This document shows, piece by piece, positions 30,941 to 43,405 of a DNA stretch of 64,000 bases. The first letter of the stretch is position 1, and each line of letters starts with the position of its first letter. The translations under genes and the position numbers were made by a program. The DNA lies in the NCBI GenBank assembly GCA_002698665.1, contig NZZP01000036.1:5125-69124 (forward strand). The letters are read 5' to 3'. The DNA comes from Gammaproteobacteria bacterium (lineage in GTDB: Bacteria; Pseudomonadota; Gammaproteobacteria; GCA-002705445; GCA-002716945). The notes beneath the pieces were generated by a model. The model saw only the letters and a program-made list of their open reading frames with translations. It had not been told where the DNA came from and ran no database searches.

Positions 30941-31837
30941 ATGTCTTACAAACTATTTACTAAAAAGAAGATTAATCAACATCTTGTTGAATTCAAGGTA
31001 AATAATCTATCTAATCGGTATAGTGAGCACATTATCAATATAATAGAAGACTCACATACACACAAATACTCATATGGTAAATCATTAATTATTGGTGGAG
31101 CTGAAGGTTACTTCGGCGCAATTATCATAGCTAGTAGAGCAGCATTATCATCAGGTTCACGTTATATTGAAGTTATGTCTACACAATCACATGCATCAAG
31201 TTTAGCTATACACCAGCCAGAATTAATTTCATCATATAAATTAGAATCTATTGAGTTAGAAAAATATAAAAATATTTTAATTGGTCCAGGCTTATCACAG
31301 AATGCTTGGTCTGAGAATATATCAGAAAGTTTATTTAATTATATTTCTAAGGCCAGCAAAAATATTAACATTATTTTAGATGCTGGAATGTTACATTATC
31401 TTTCATTAAATAATATGCGAAATGATAGATGGATTTTAACCCCTCATACTGGTGAGGCAGCAAAACTTTTAGATATATCCTCTAAAGAAATAGAGTCTAA
31501 TAGACAAAAAGCTATTATTCAAATTCAGGAAAAATATGGTGGTATAATTATTTTGAAAGGGCATGAAACTTTAGTTAGAACAGATACTACAACTTACATG
31601 TGCAAGCACGGTAATAGTAGTATGGGAACGGCTGGGATGGGAGATTGCTTATCTGGCATAATTCTTTCGTTGACAAGTATGGCGATAAAAGAGGATTATA
31701 TAAATGCAACATTATTTGCAGTAGGCGCCCACTCTTTTATTGGTGATGTGATTAGAGAAAAATTAGGCGGGGTCGGTCTTCTAGCATCAAATGTGATTGA
31801 TGAGACAAAAATTTTTATGAACAAATATCGATCGTAA
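30941..31837 (+). CDS. nnrD: ADP-dependent NAD(P)HX dehydratase (standalone, no epimerase domain)
   Basis: HKYSYG..LIIGG, IGPGL, LDAG, ILTPHTGEAAKLL, LKG, GMGDCLSG. Confidence 0.9.
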   Translation: MSYKLFTKKKINQHLVEFKVNNLSNRYSEHIINIIEDSHTHKYSYGKSLIIGGAEGYFGAIIIASRAALSSGSRYIEVMSTQSHASSLAIHQPELISSYKLESIELEKYKNILIGPGLSQNAWSENISESLFNYISKASKNINIILDAGMLHYLSLNNMRNDRWILTPHTGEAAKLLDISSKEIESNRQKAIIQIQEKYGGIIILKGHETLVRTDTTTYMCKHGNSSMGTAGMGDCLSGIILSLTSMAIKEDYINATLFAVGAHSFIGDVIREKLGGVGLLASNVIDETKIFMNKYRS

Positions 31838-31844
31838 TGAAAAA

Positions 31845-32273
31845 ATGTATAACAAGAAGATAAAGTACTATCATATTTCTAATATATCATCATACCATAA
31901 GATTTTTCCTATTATACAGAATCATAATTTATCTCAAAATATTATTTTTTTAAGAGGAAATATTGGAGCTGGTAAAACCTCATTTGTTAGAGAGTTTGTC
32001 GCTAATCTGAATGTTAAATGTGATATATCAAGCCCTACTTTCACACTAATAAATGAATACAAAAATGATGATATAAATATTTATCATTATGATTTATATA
32101 GAGTGGAAAATAATCATGAATTATTTGAAATCGGAATTGATTATTATTTTTCTCAAGATGGATATCATTTTATTGAATGGCCTGAAAAATTTATCTCATT
32201 TTTACCAAGACCACATATTGAAATAAATTTTAAAATTATGGAAGATTCTAGATTGCTGAGCATATACACATAA
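31845..32273 (+). CDS. tsaE: t6A biosynthesis ATPase TsaE
   Basis: GNIGAGKTSF, SPTFTLINEY, HYDLYR, IEWPE. Confidence 0.95.
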   Translation: MYNKKIKYYHISNISSYHKIFPIIQNHNLSQNIIFLRGNIGAGKTSFVREFVANLNVKCDISSPTFTLINEYKNDDINIYHYDLYRVENNHELFEIGIDYYFSQDGYHFIEWPEKFISFLPRPHIEINFKIMEDSRLLSIYT

Positions 32274-33211
32274 TGTCACTAGATCGAACATTAATAGCTC
32301 TTATTGGCCCAACAGCGACAGGTAAATCTCAACTTGCCCTAGAATTATATAATAAATATCCAGTAGAAATTGTTAGCGTAGATTCTGCGATGATATATAG
32401 AGGACTCAATATCGGCACAGATAAACCAGACAACAAAATTCTGAGTAATATTAAACACCATCTAATTAACATTAGAGACCCTTATGAGACATATAATATA
32501 GGTGATTTTTTTTCTGATATTAAATCTGTTCTTTCAACTATCCATAGTAAAAAAAAAATACCTTTGCTTGTTGGTGGCTCCTTAATGTATTTTAATCAGC
32601 TTTTTACTGGCATATCATCTCTTCCAGAGAAGAGTATATCTGATAGAAAATTGATAAATAAATTATTAGAAAACTATGATTGTAATCAACTACATTCATG
32701 TTTGCAAAATATAGATATTGAATCATATAAACGTATCGATAAAAATGATCGTCAGAGAATAGAGCGTGCATTAGAAGTCTATATGATTACTGGTATGCCA
32801 ATGTCAAAATTACTTAATCAAAAAACTAACATTCTTAAGAATTATAATATTTTACTTATAAAACTTTTTTCTAATGATAGATCGATAATTCATCAGAAAA
32901 TAGAAAAAAGGGTAGACAAAATGTTAGCAAATGGACTTGTTGACGAAGTTAAAGGGCTAATTGATAAGTTTTCTCTAAATGATCAAATGCAGTCAATGAA
33001 ATGTATTGGTTATAGACATGTATTTGAATATTTATCACAAAAACAAAAATCAGAGGAATTAAGAGATAAATGTATTTTTTCTACTAGACAACTAGCAAAA
33101 AGACAGATTACTTGGCTGAAGCAATTTAATCATGGTTATCCAGTTGACATTTCTACAAATACATTACAAAAATCATGCAAATTTATCGACAAGAATTTGC
33201 ATTTTATTTAA
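32273..33211 (+). CDS. miaA: tRNA dimethylallyltransferase
   Basis: GPTATGKS, SVDSAMIYRGLNIGTDKP, TRQLAKRQITW. Confidence 0.97.
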   Translation: MSLDRTLIALIGPTATGKSQLALELYNKYPVEIVSVDSAMIYRGLNIGTDKPDNKILSNIKHHLINIRDPYETYNIGDFFSDIKSVLSTIHSKKKIPLLVGGSLMYFNQLFTGISSLPEKSISDRKLINKLLENYDCNQLHSCLQNIDIESYKRIDKNDRQRIERALEVYMITGMPMSKLLNQKTNILKNYNILLIKLFSNDRSIIHQKIEKRVDKMLANGLVDEVKGLIDKFSLNDQMQSMKCIGYRHVFEYLSQKQKSEELRDKCIFSTRQLAKRQITWLKQFNHGYPVDISTNTLQKSCKFIDKNLHFI

Positions 33212-33258
33212 ATAGTGTCAATATTACATAACTAGGATGAATTCGAATCAGGTTTTTT

Positions 33259-33477
33259 ATGCAGGACAATCTTCAAGATAAATTCTTAAATAAACTAAGA
33301 AAAGAAAAGATTATGATATCTGTTTTTTTGATAAATGGTATTAAATTAGATGGTATTGTTGAGGCATTTGACCCTTATACAATCCTTTTAAAGAGCAAGA
33401 CCACACAAAGTATTTATAAGCATGCAATATCAACTATAGTACCTCACCAACATGTTAAATTAGAAATTGATGACTAA
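33259..33477 (+). CDS. hfq: RNA chaperone Hfq
   Basis: [27 protein letters not shown]. Confidence 0.97.
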   Translation: MQDNLQDKFLNKLRKEKIMISVFLINGIKLDGIVEAFDPYTILLKSKTTQSIYKHAISTIVPHQHVKLEIDD

Positions 33478-33515
33478 AGTACTTTATAATACTATAATGT
33501 CCTAGGAGCATAAAA

Positions 33516-34646
33516 ATGGCATGGAATGAACCTGGTGGTAATAAGGACCCTTGGGGAAGAAAACCACAAACAAAAAATGAGTTAGATAATCTTCTTAAAG
33601 ATTTCAATAAGTTCTTCAAGAAGGTACTAGGTGGCGGGTCAAGTGGAGATGGCACTGGGCCTACTAAGCGTAATACCTCTATTTTAGTTGCCTCAATACT
33701 TGTGATATATTTTCTAAGCGGGATTTACATCGTAAATGATGGCGAAAGAGGAGTAGTTCTCCAGTTTGGAGAGTTCCATTCGATTACAACTCCTGGCCCT
33801 CATTGGGTGCCCAGAATTGTACGTAGTTATGAGATTGTTGATGTCTCAAAAATTAGATCTGTACAACAAAAAGCAGTAATGCTGACAGAAGATGAAAATA
33901 TTGTAAGCGTGAACTTTGCTGTTCAATATGATGTTAAAGATGCTAGTAATTTTATTTTTAACTTACGAGACCCTGATGAAACTCTAAGTGCTGCTGCTGA
34001 AAGTGCAATAAGAGAGGTTCTGGGTAAAAATAAAATGGATTTTGTTATTACTGAAGGAAGAGAATCTATAGCACAATCTACCCAAATTTTACTTCAGACT
34101 GTATTAGATAGTTATCAGTCAGGCATAAATGTCCAAACTGTCAATATTTTGGAAGCACAACCACCTGAACAGGTGCAAGATGCCTTCTCCGATGCAATTA
34201 GAGCTAGAGAAGACGAACAGAGATACATCAACGAAGCTGAAGCTTATAGGAATGAAATTATACCTCTAGCTCGTGGTAAGGCTAAACAAATCATAGAAGA
34301 AGCCAAAGCCTATCAAGTTAAACTAATAAAGTCTGCTGAAGGTGAAGCATTACGATTTACAAAGCTTTTTGAAGAATATCAAAAAGCACCAGAAGTGACA
34401 AGAGAGAGATTATATTTAGAATCTGTTGAATCTGTTTTGGGTAGTTCTACTAAAGTCATGATTGACCTTGATGGAGGAAATAATTTACTTTATCTTCCAT
34501 TAGATAAAATATTAGAGCCAAGATTATCTGAAAAGAGCACAAATCAATCTGCTAAAACTGATGATTCTACAAATACTCTCGCTGATAAAATAAGACAATC
34601 CAGAGATAGCTTTAATTCTAGAAAGAGGAGCCTCTACAATGAATAA
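33516..34646 (+). CDS. hflK: FtsH modulator HflK
   Basis: MAWNEPG, SPFH domain, MLTEDENIV, APEVTRERLYLE. Confidence 0.97.
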   Translation: MAWNEPGGNKDPWGRKPQTKNELDNLLKDFNKFFKKVLGGGSSGDGTGPTKRNTSILVASILVIYFLSGIYIVNDGERGVVLQFGEFHSITTPGPHWVPRIVRSYEIVDVSKIRSVQQKAVMLTEDENIVSVNFAVQYDVKDASNFIFNLRDPDETLSAAAESAIREVLGKNKMDFVITEGRESIAQSTQILLQTVLDSYQSGINVQTVNILEAQPPEQVQDAFSDAIRAREDEQRYINEAEAYRNEIIPLARGKAKQIIEEAKAYQVKLIKSAEGEALRFTKLFEEYQKAPEVTRERLYLESVESVLGSSTKVMIDLDGGNNLLYLPLDKILEPRLSEKSTNQSAKTDDSTNTLADKIRQSRDSFNSRKRSLYNE

Positions 34647-35505
34647 TAGAAACATTCTAACAGTAATATTAGTTACAATAATACTTATCTCATCTGCAAC
34701 ATTTATAGTAGATGAAAGAGAGGTTGCGATTAAATTTAGATTGGGTGAAATTGTCAGAGCATATCAAGATCCAGGATTATATTTTATGATACCGTTTATT
34801 AATAATATAAAAAAATATGACTCGAGATTACTCACTATGGACTCTAAACCAGAACAATTTTTAACTAGTGAGAAAAAAAATGTGATTGTTGATTCATTCG
34901 TAAAATGGAAAATAACTGGTCCAGAAAACTTTTATAGATCGTCTAAGGGTGATGAGAGAATTGGTATTAATCGTTTATCTCAAATTATTAATGATTTAAC
35001 TAAGAGTGAATTTAGTAAACGAACTATTAATGAAGTTGTTTCAGGAGATAGATTGGCATTGATGAATACTGTCAAGATTGAAGCAAATAAAGCTGCATCT
35101 GCATTAGGAATAACTGTTATTGATGTAAGAGTTAAAAAAGTAGATTTACCTGATGAGGTAAGTAATTCTGTATATGCAAGGATGGTTAAAGAGAGGGCAA
35201 CTGTTGCCAAAGCATTTAGATCTAAAGGCAAGGAGGAAGCTCAAGGTATTTCAGCTTCAGCTGAGAGAGAATCTGCGACTATTATTGCGGAAGCTTATAA
35301 AGAATCACAAGCTATCAAAGGTGAAGGAGATGCAATTTCCACAGAAACTTATGCTCGCGCATATAACCTCAGTCCAGAATTTTATTCTTTTTATAGAAGC
35401 TTATCTGCCTATAAAGAGACATTCAGTGCAAAACAGGATGTGCTAGTTATACAACCAGACTCTGATTTCTTTAAATATTTCAATAATCCTCTTGGTAAAA
35501 AATAA
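34639..35505 (+). CDS. hflC: FtsH modulator HflC
   Basis: FLTSEKKNVIVDSFVKW, EFYSFYRSLSAY, DSDFFKYF. Confidence 0.97.
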   Translation: MNNRNILTVILVTIILISSATFIVDEREVAIKFRLGEIVRAYQDPGLYFMIPFINNIKKYDSRLLTMDSKPEQFLTSEKKNVIVDSFVKWKITGPENFYRSSKGDERIGINRLSQIINDLTKSEFSKRTINEVVSGDRLALMNTVKIEANKAASALGITVIDVRVKKVDLPDEVSNSVYARMVKERATVAKAFRSKGKEEAQGISASAERESATIIAEAYKESQAIKGEGDAISTETYARAYNLSPEFYSFYRSLSAYKETFSAKQDVLVIQPDSDFFKYFNNPLGKK

Positions 35506-35695
35506 TAGATCCCTGGTTATTATTAATTTTAGCTGTCTCACTTTCTATTTTATTAGAAGGTATGCTCTTGTTTTTGTCACCTAATTTATTTAGAGATTTA
35601 TTAAAATATTTTAATGATCTAAGTAATAATTCTTTGAGAATAATTGGTCTTGTCTGTATGATATTGGGGTTAACTTTGTTTTTAATAGTAATATA

Positions 35696-35696
<1 letters not shown>
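35505..35696 (+). CDS. DUF2065/YjeT-family small membrane protein (not in the ORF track; ATA start)
   Basis: Manual translation (M)DPWLLLILAVSLSILLEGMLLFLSPNLFRDLLKYFNDLSNNSLRIIGLVCMILGLTLFLIVI*; EG...P and LR.IGL motifs; canonical hflC-yjeT-hisZ position. Confidence 0.85.
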
Positions 35697-37955
<2,259 letters not shown>

Positions 37956-38708
37956 ATGTCAAAACCGGAAACTAATAATATTATTTATGGTATACATACA
38001 TGTACCGCACAACTTAATCATGATAAAACTAACATTACTAAAGTTTATGTAAAGAAATCACATAAATCTAAGCAAGTTCATAACATCATTCAGAATTTGA
38101 ATGATTTATCGATTGAAGTTATTGAAACAACTAAAGACTATCTTACAATGATATGTTTATCTTCAAAACATCAGGGAATTGTTTTTGAAATAAGAAATAT
38201 TACAGAAACATATGATTTAGATCACTATCTTCAAACAATTAGTAAACCTTTTATAGCTATATTTGATAATATTCAAGATCCAAGAAATTTAGGTTCTCTA
38301 ATCCGTACTTCTAATGGAGCTGGTGTCAACTTAGTTATTAAAAAAAAATCAGGTTCTTGTGATATATCACCACTGGTGCATAAAACAGCATCCGGTGGAT
38401 TACAAGGTATTGGTTTAATTGAAACTAATAATCTTACTGAAATAATTAAAAAGATTAAAAATCATAACATTATGGTTGTTGGTACATCAGACTCCGCATC
38501 TTTGTCAATTTATGATATGAAACCTATAGTATCAGGAGTAGCTATTATATTTGGGTCAGAGGGTGCAGGCATAAGTAAATCCCTTTCCCATTTATGTGAC
38601 AGTGTATATAGCATTCCAATACATGGTTCTATAGAATGCTTAAATGTAGCTGTTGCAGCAGGAATTGTACTTTATCATACTCAACAGATGCTTAAAAATT
38701 CTAAATGA
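37956..38708 (+). CDS. rlmB: 23S rRNA (G2251-2'-O)-methyltransferase
   Basis: IYGIH, KHQGIV, DNIQDPRNLGSLIRT, GSEGAG, LNVAVA. Confidence 0.92.
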   Translation: MSKPETNNIIYGIHTCTAQLNHDKTNITKVYVKKSHKSKQVHNIIQNLNDLSIEVIETTKDYLTMICLSSKHQGIVFEIRNITETYDLDHYLQTISKPFIAIFDNIQDPRNLGSLIRTSNGAGVNLVIKKKSGSCDISPLVHKTASGGLQGIGLIETNNLTEIIKKIKNHNIMVVGTSDSASLSIYDMKPIVSGVAIIFGSEGAGISKSLSHLCDSVYSIPIHGSIECLNVAVAAGIVLYHTQQMLKNSK

Positions 38709-38759
38709 TGATTGAAATATTGTTGATACTCAAGTAGTATTCGCATATTGGATAAAACA

Positions 38760-39089
38760 ATGAAAAATTACGAATTATTGCTAATGTTTAATATAAATCA
38801 AGATGAATCTACATCTAAAACTGTAGATAAATATAAAGATATTATTACTTCAAAAAATGGCATTATTGATAGATATGAAGACTGGGGAATAATAAAATTG
38901 GCTTACAGTATTGAAAAGAACAATAAAGCAAGATATATTCTCCTTAATTTTCAATCAGATAAAGAAGTTTTGTCGGAATTATCTGGTTTAATAAAATTCA
39001 ATGACAGCATAATGAGGCATATGTTTATATCTAAAAATAAAAGGATAACAGAGCCATCGATTATGATGCAACAAAGAGAAAGGGCATAA
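38760..39089 (+). CDS. rpsF: 30S ribosomal protein S6
   Basis: MKNYE, RYEDWG...[14 protein letters not shown]; upstream TTG at 38748 is an alternative start. Confidence 0.95.
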   Translation: MKNYELLLMFNINQDESTSKTVDKYKDIITSKNGIIDRYEDWGIIKLAYSIEKNNKARYILLNFQSDKEVLSELSGLIKFNDSIMRHMFISKNKRITEPSIMMQQRERA

Positions 39090-39091
39090 TT

Positions 39092-39307
39092 ATGGCAGAA
39101 GATTCAAACCCAAAAAAAACTAATATTTTAGACGAGATAGATTATAAAAATCTTGGTTTTCTCAAGAAATTTCTTACAGAATCGGGTAAAATCTCTCCAA
39201 GAAGGGTTGCAGGCACAACAGCTAAACAACAGAGAAAGGTTAATAAGGCAATTAAGATTGCAAGACATCTTGCACTACTCCCATTTTGTGATAACCATAA
39301 ACAATAA
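39092..39307 (+). CDS. rpsR: 30S ribosomal protein S18
   Basis: [23 protein letters not shown]....AIK.AR.LALLPF. Confidence 0.96.
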   Translation: MAEDSNPKKTNILDEIDYKNLGFLKKFLTESGKISPRRVAGTTAKQQRKVNKAIKIARHLALLPFCDNHKQ

Positions 39308-39813
39308 TGGATGTACTACTTCTTAAAAATATAAAAAACTTAGGTGACATTGGTAGCAAAGTATCAGTAAAATCAGGTTATGCTAGAAATTACCTTTTAC
39401 CTAATAATCTGGCAGTACTCTCTTCAAAAGAAAATCTAGCTATAGTAGAAGAGAAGAAGCAGTTATTACTAAAGCAAGAAGAAGAACTCAGAAATCAAGC
39501 TATAAACATTAAAGAAAAATTTAACGATTACATCCTTACCTTTGATGTACATGTACAGGAAGATGATGATAAGCTATTTGGCTCTATCAACTTACAAAAT
39601 ATAGTTGAAAAACTTAATAATGATGGCTATGAATTGGAAAAAAAGCAAGTTAATCTTCCTTCTGGACCTATAAAAATATTTGCAGATGATTATATAGCTA
39701 CCGTAAGTCTATATGCTGACGTTTCTGTAACTATTCCAATTAAATTAACTAAAATTGCCAAGCCATCGCCTGAAAATACTTCAGAAAACCCATCATCAGA
39801 ATCTCCTGAATAA
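39307..39813 (+). CDS. rplI: 50S ribosomal protein L9
   Basis: LGDIGSKVSVKSGYARNYLLP, KLFGSI. Confidence 0.96.
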   Translation: MDVLLLKNIKNLGDIGSKVSVKSGYARNYLLPNNLAVLSSKENLAIVEEKKQLLLKQEEELRNQAINIKEKFNDYILTFDVHVQEDDDKLFGSINLQNIVEKLNNDGYELEKKQVNLPSGPIKIFADDYIATVSLYADVSVTIPIKLTKIAKPSPENTSENPSSESPE

Positions 39814-39860
39814 ATCTGATCTATTCTATAAAAAATAGTTTTTTTCAGTTAGAATGAACT

Positions 39861-41219
39861 ATGGATTCGAGAATACCTTCTACACCAAAATCACTTGAAG
39901 CAGAGCAAGCTTTCTTAGGCTCTTTGATTATGGACTCGTCTTCTTGGGACCAAGTATCGCATATGGTAGAATCTAAAGACTTTATCGATACTAAAAACAG
40001 AGAAATATTTAATCAAATTTATAATTTAGTTTCATCTGGCCAAGTTATAGACGTAATAGTACTTGGTGATGCTCTTAAAACCAGTGGTTTGTTAGATAAA
40101 GTTGGCGGACTAATATATCTTGGAGAATTAGCGAAAAAAGTTCCAACATCAGCACATATCAAAGCATATGCTGACATCATAAAAGAAAATTCTATAAAAC
40201 GTGAATTAATCAATATAAGTACTCGTACAATACAAAATGTACATCAAAGCGATCAGGGTAATATCAAGGATATCTTGGATAAAGCGGAATCCGAAATATT
40301 TGGAATTACGGCTGACTCCACCATAGATAATGGATTAGCCAAGATAGGCCCAGTAGTAAATAAATATATAGAAAATGTCTATAATAAAAAAAATAATGAT
40401 GAGATTGATTATTTATTAACTGGATATAAAGAATTTGATAAACTTGTTTCAGGGCTTCAAAAATCAGATTTAATTATAATTGCAGGTAGACCGTCAATGG
40501 GTAAAACTGCTTTTGCAATGAATATAGCGCAAGATATAGTTTTTAAACAAAAGAAGAAAGTGGGTTTTTTTAGTTTAGAAATGTCAGCTCAATCAATTGC
40601 ATTAAGAATGCTTTCATCATTAAGCTTTGTCTCTCAACAAAAAATTAGAACAGGTGATTACGAGGCGAGCAACAAAGATACAAAAGCTGTCACCTCAGCA
40701 ATAGAACAGATGCAAGATTGCGATTTTTATATTGATGATACAGCTGCTATATCACCAATGGAACTAAGATCTAAAGCTAGACGTATGAAAAGGGACTCTG
40801 GAATAGATATGATTATAGTTGATTACTTACAACTAATGTCTATACCTAGATACTCAGAGAATAGGGTGAATGAGATTGCTGAAGTTACTCGTGCCCTTAA
40901 AGCTATAGCTAAAGAACTAGATATCCCTGTAGTAGCTTTATCTCAGTTAAATAGAGGAGTTGAGACAAGAAATGACAAAAGACCTTTTCTATCCGACCTA
41001 AGAGAGTCAGGATCAATTGAACAAGACGCAGATTTAATTATCTTTTTGTATAGAGATGAAGTATATGACTCAAATACAGCGCAGAAAAATGTTGCAGAAA
41101 TAAGAGTAGAGAAACATAGAAATGGACCTACAGGAGTGATTAAACTTACATGGGTCCCTCACTGCACTAGGTTCGAAGATTATTTTCCGCAAGTTTATGA
41201 TGGGGTCGGCGAGTATTAA
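39861..41219 (+). CDS. dnaB: Replicative DNA helicase
   Basis: EAEQAFLG, AGRPSMGKT, FSLEM, VDYLQL, LSQLNR, DLRESGSIEQDAD, KHRNGPTG. Confidence 0.98.
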   Translation: MDSRIPSTPKSLEAEQAFLGSLIMDSSSWDQVSHMVESKDFIDTKNREIFNQIYNLVSSGQVIDVIVLGDALKTSGLLDKVGGLIYLGELAKKVPTSAHIKAYADIIKENSIKRELINISTRTIQNVHQSDQGNIKDILDKAESEIFGITADSTIDNGLAKIGPVVNKYIENVYNKKNNDEIDYLLTGYKEFDKLVSGLQKSDLIIIAGRPSMGKTAFAMNIAQDIVFKQKKKVGFFSLEMSAQSIALRMLSSLSFVSQQKIRTGDYEASNKDTKAVTSAIEQMQDCDFYIDDTAAISPMELRSKARRMKRDSGIDMIIVDYLQLMSIPRYSENRVNEIAEVTRALKAIAKELDIPVVALSQLNRGVETRNDKRPFLSDLRESGSIEQDADLIIFLYRDEVYDSNTAQKNVAEIRVEKHRNGPTGVIKLTWVPHCTRFEDYFPQVYDGVGEY

Positions 41220-41220
41220 T

Positions 41221-41544
41221 TTACTCTTCTAATAATTTTATCTTGCCTTCTTTTCCTTCCCACTCCTTTGCATCGGCTGGCGGGTCTTTAATTTCAGTTA
41301 GTATTGGCCATTTCTTAGATAGTCTTTCATTAATCTCAAGAAACTCTCTAGTGTCATCTGTTATGTCCTCATCAGAGATGATTGCATTGATCGGACATTC
41401 AGGCTCGCACAGACTGCAATCAATACATTCATCAGGATTAATTACTAAAAAATTAGGGCCTTCATGGAAACAATCTACTGGGCAAACTTCTACGCAATCA
41501 GTATATTTACACTTTATACAGTTTTCTGTGATAACATATGTCAT
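41221..41544 (-). CDS. fdxA: Azotobacter-type 7Fe ferredoxin
   Basis: [26 protein letters not shown]...[12 protein letters not shown]. Confidence 0.96.
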   Translation of the reverse strand: MTYVITENCIKCKYTDCVEVCPVDCFHEGPNFLVINPDECIDCSLCEPECPINAIISDEDITDDTREFLEINERLSKKWPILTEIKDPPADAKEWEGKEGKIKLLEE

Positions 41545-41583
41545 TAGATATATTATTTTGCACTAAATAGTTAGATATTGCAC

Positions 41584-42453
41584 ATGAAAAAAATAAAAAA
41601 AGCCGTTTTTCCAGTTGCCGGTTTGGGAACAAGGTTCTTGCCCGCCACTAAAGCAAGCCCCAAAGAAATGCTTCCAGTAGTTGATAAACCACTTATTCAG
41701 TATGCTGCTGAGGAAGCAGTTGATGCCGGTATTAAGCAGTTAATATTTGTTATTGGCAGGACTAAGAATGCTATCATAGATCACTTTGATTCTAGCCCAG
41801 AACTTGAGAGAGAATTAATTGATAAAAAAAAGAATAATCTATTGAATTCCGTCAAGAGTATCGTACCAAATAATGTGGATTGTGTATTTGTCAGACAAAA
41901 TATTCCAGCTGGACTTGGTCACGCAGTGCATTGCGCTAGACACATTGTTAATGATGAACCATTTGCAGTTATTTTGGCTGACGATTTAATAAAATCAAAA
42001 AAATCATGTCTTAAACAAATGACAGATATATATTCTAGAGAGCAAAGTCCTTTGATAGCTATTCAAAAAATTAATAAAAAAGATAGTGATAAATATGGGA
42101 TTATTGAATACGGTGATAAACATAATAATTTATATGATATAAAATCAATTATTGAGAAACCTAAACCAGCTAAGGCTAAGTCTAATCTTGGTGTTGTTGG
42201 AAGATATGTGCTGCCTCCTTCTATTTTTAACAATATTGCATCATCTAAGCCTGGTGTAGGCAAAGAAATACAGCTAACTGACGCAATAGAGAAGTTAATT
42301 TTAGAGCAGCGTGTCTTAGGCTATGAATTTGAAGGTACCAGATTTGACTGTGGAAGCAAAATTGGCTATTTGCAAGCTACAACAGAATATGCGCTTGAAC
42401 ATAGTGAAGTGAGAAAAGAATACAAAAGTTATTTAAAAAAATTGAAAATATAA
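41584..42453 (+). CDS. galU: UTP-glucose-1-phosphate uridylyltransferase
   Basis: KAVFPVAGLGTRFLPATKASPKEMLP, GLGHAV, EIQLTDAI, FDCGSK. Confidence 0.97.
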   Translation: MKKIKKAVFPVAGLGTRFLPATKASPKEMLPVVDKPLIQYAAEEAVDAGIKQLIFVIGRTKNAIIDHFDSSPELERELIDKKKNNLLNSVKSIVPNNVDCVFVRQNIPAGLGHAVHCARHIVNDEPFAVILADDLIKSKKSCLKQMTDIYSREQSPLIAIQKINKKDSDKYGIIEYGDKHNNLYDIKSIIEKPKPAKAKSNLGVVGRYVLPPSIFNNIASSKPGVGKEIQLTDAIEKLILEQRVLGYEFEGTRFDCGSKIGYLQATTEYALEHSEVRKEYKSYLKKLKI

Positions 42454-42502
42454 AATTAATGTTGATGGTAATTAAAAATTGAATTATCATGCGATAACTT
42501 AT

Positions 42503-42575
42503 TCCTCGGTAGCTCAGTTGGTAGAGCGAGTGACTGTTAATCACCAGGTCGGCGGTTCGAGTCCGTCCCGAGGAG
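42503..42575 (+). tRNA. tRNA-Asn (GTT)
   Basis: TCCTCGG-TA-GCTCAGTTGGTAGAGC-G-AGTGA-CTGTTAA-TCACC-AGGTC-GGCGG-TTCGAGT-CCGTC-CCGAGGA-G. Confidence 0.96.
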
Positions 42576-42652
42576 TATCTAATAATTATTACTCTTCACT
42601 ATTTACCAAGATATATGTTATCTTATATATTACATATAATATTTAGCTCGTC

Positions 42653-43405
42653 ATGAAAAAAATAATTTTAAAACTGTTGCATGCCATTAGATATATATTG
42701 GGGAGAATTATTATACACTTGATACCAAGAAACTTACCATCGCTAAGAGAACAAGAAAATATTACTTGTTATAAATTATATGAAAAAGATGAAATTGAAA
42801 AATGTTATCATTATTTTAAAAAATACTTCAATACTGCTATGCATTTAGAAGGAGACAATTTACTGGTCTATGGCATCAAACATGCAATTGAGATTAATGC
42901 ATCTAAAAACAATTTATTTTTAGAATTTGGTGTTTGGAACGGAAGAACTATTAATTTATTTTCTAAATATATTAATAAAAATCGGATTTATGGATTTGAT
43001 ACATTTTCTGGGACTCCTGAAGATTGGAAAGGGACAGATAAACCCAAAGGATACTACTCAGCAAATAATAAAATACCTAAACTTAATGAAAACTGTATTC
43101 CAATCAAAGGACTTGTTAAAGATACTTTGCCATCATTTTTATCTAATAATAGCGGCAAGAGGATAAGATTTGTACATATGGATTTAACTATATATGAGCC
43201 TACATTATTTGTGCTTAATTCCATAAAACCATATCTAGCAAATGATGCAATAATTATTTTTAGAGGTTTTTATAATTATCCTAGTTGGCAAGAAGGTGAA
43301 TTCAAGGCTTTAACAGAGTCTTTTGATGAAAAAGATTATAAGTATATTGCCTTCTCAAAAGATGGTAGTCCAGTAATAATAAAATATATCAGACCTAACT
43401 CTTAA
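42653..43405 (+). CDS. TylF/MycF-like class I SAM-dependent O-methyltransferase (altered acidic motifs)
   Basis: LEFGVWNG, YGFDTFSGTPEDW, KGLVKDTL, FVHMDLTIY, IIIFRGFYNYPSW. Confidence 0.75.
   Translation: MKKIILKLLHAIRYILGRIIIHLIPRNLPSLREQENITCYKLYEKDEIEKCYHYFKKYFNTAMHLEGDNLLVYGIKHAIEINASKNNLFLEFGVWNGRTINLFSKYINKNRIYGFDTFSGTPEDWKGTDKPKGYYSANNKIPKLNENCIPIKGLVKDTLPSFLSNNSGKRIRFVHMDLTIYEPTLFVLNSIKPYLANDAIIIFRGFYNYPSWQEGEFKALTESFDEKDYKYIAFSKDGSPVIIKYIRPNS

Noticed and set aside
41243-41566. 107-aa + strand ORF opposite the ferredoxin
   Set aside because: Antisense shadow of the highly conserved fdxA; Ser-rich with no motif
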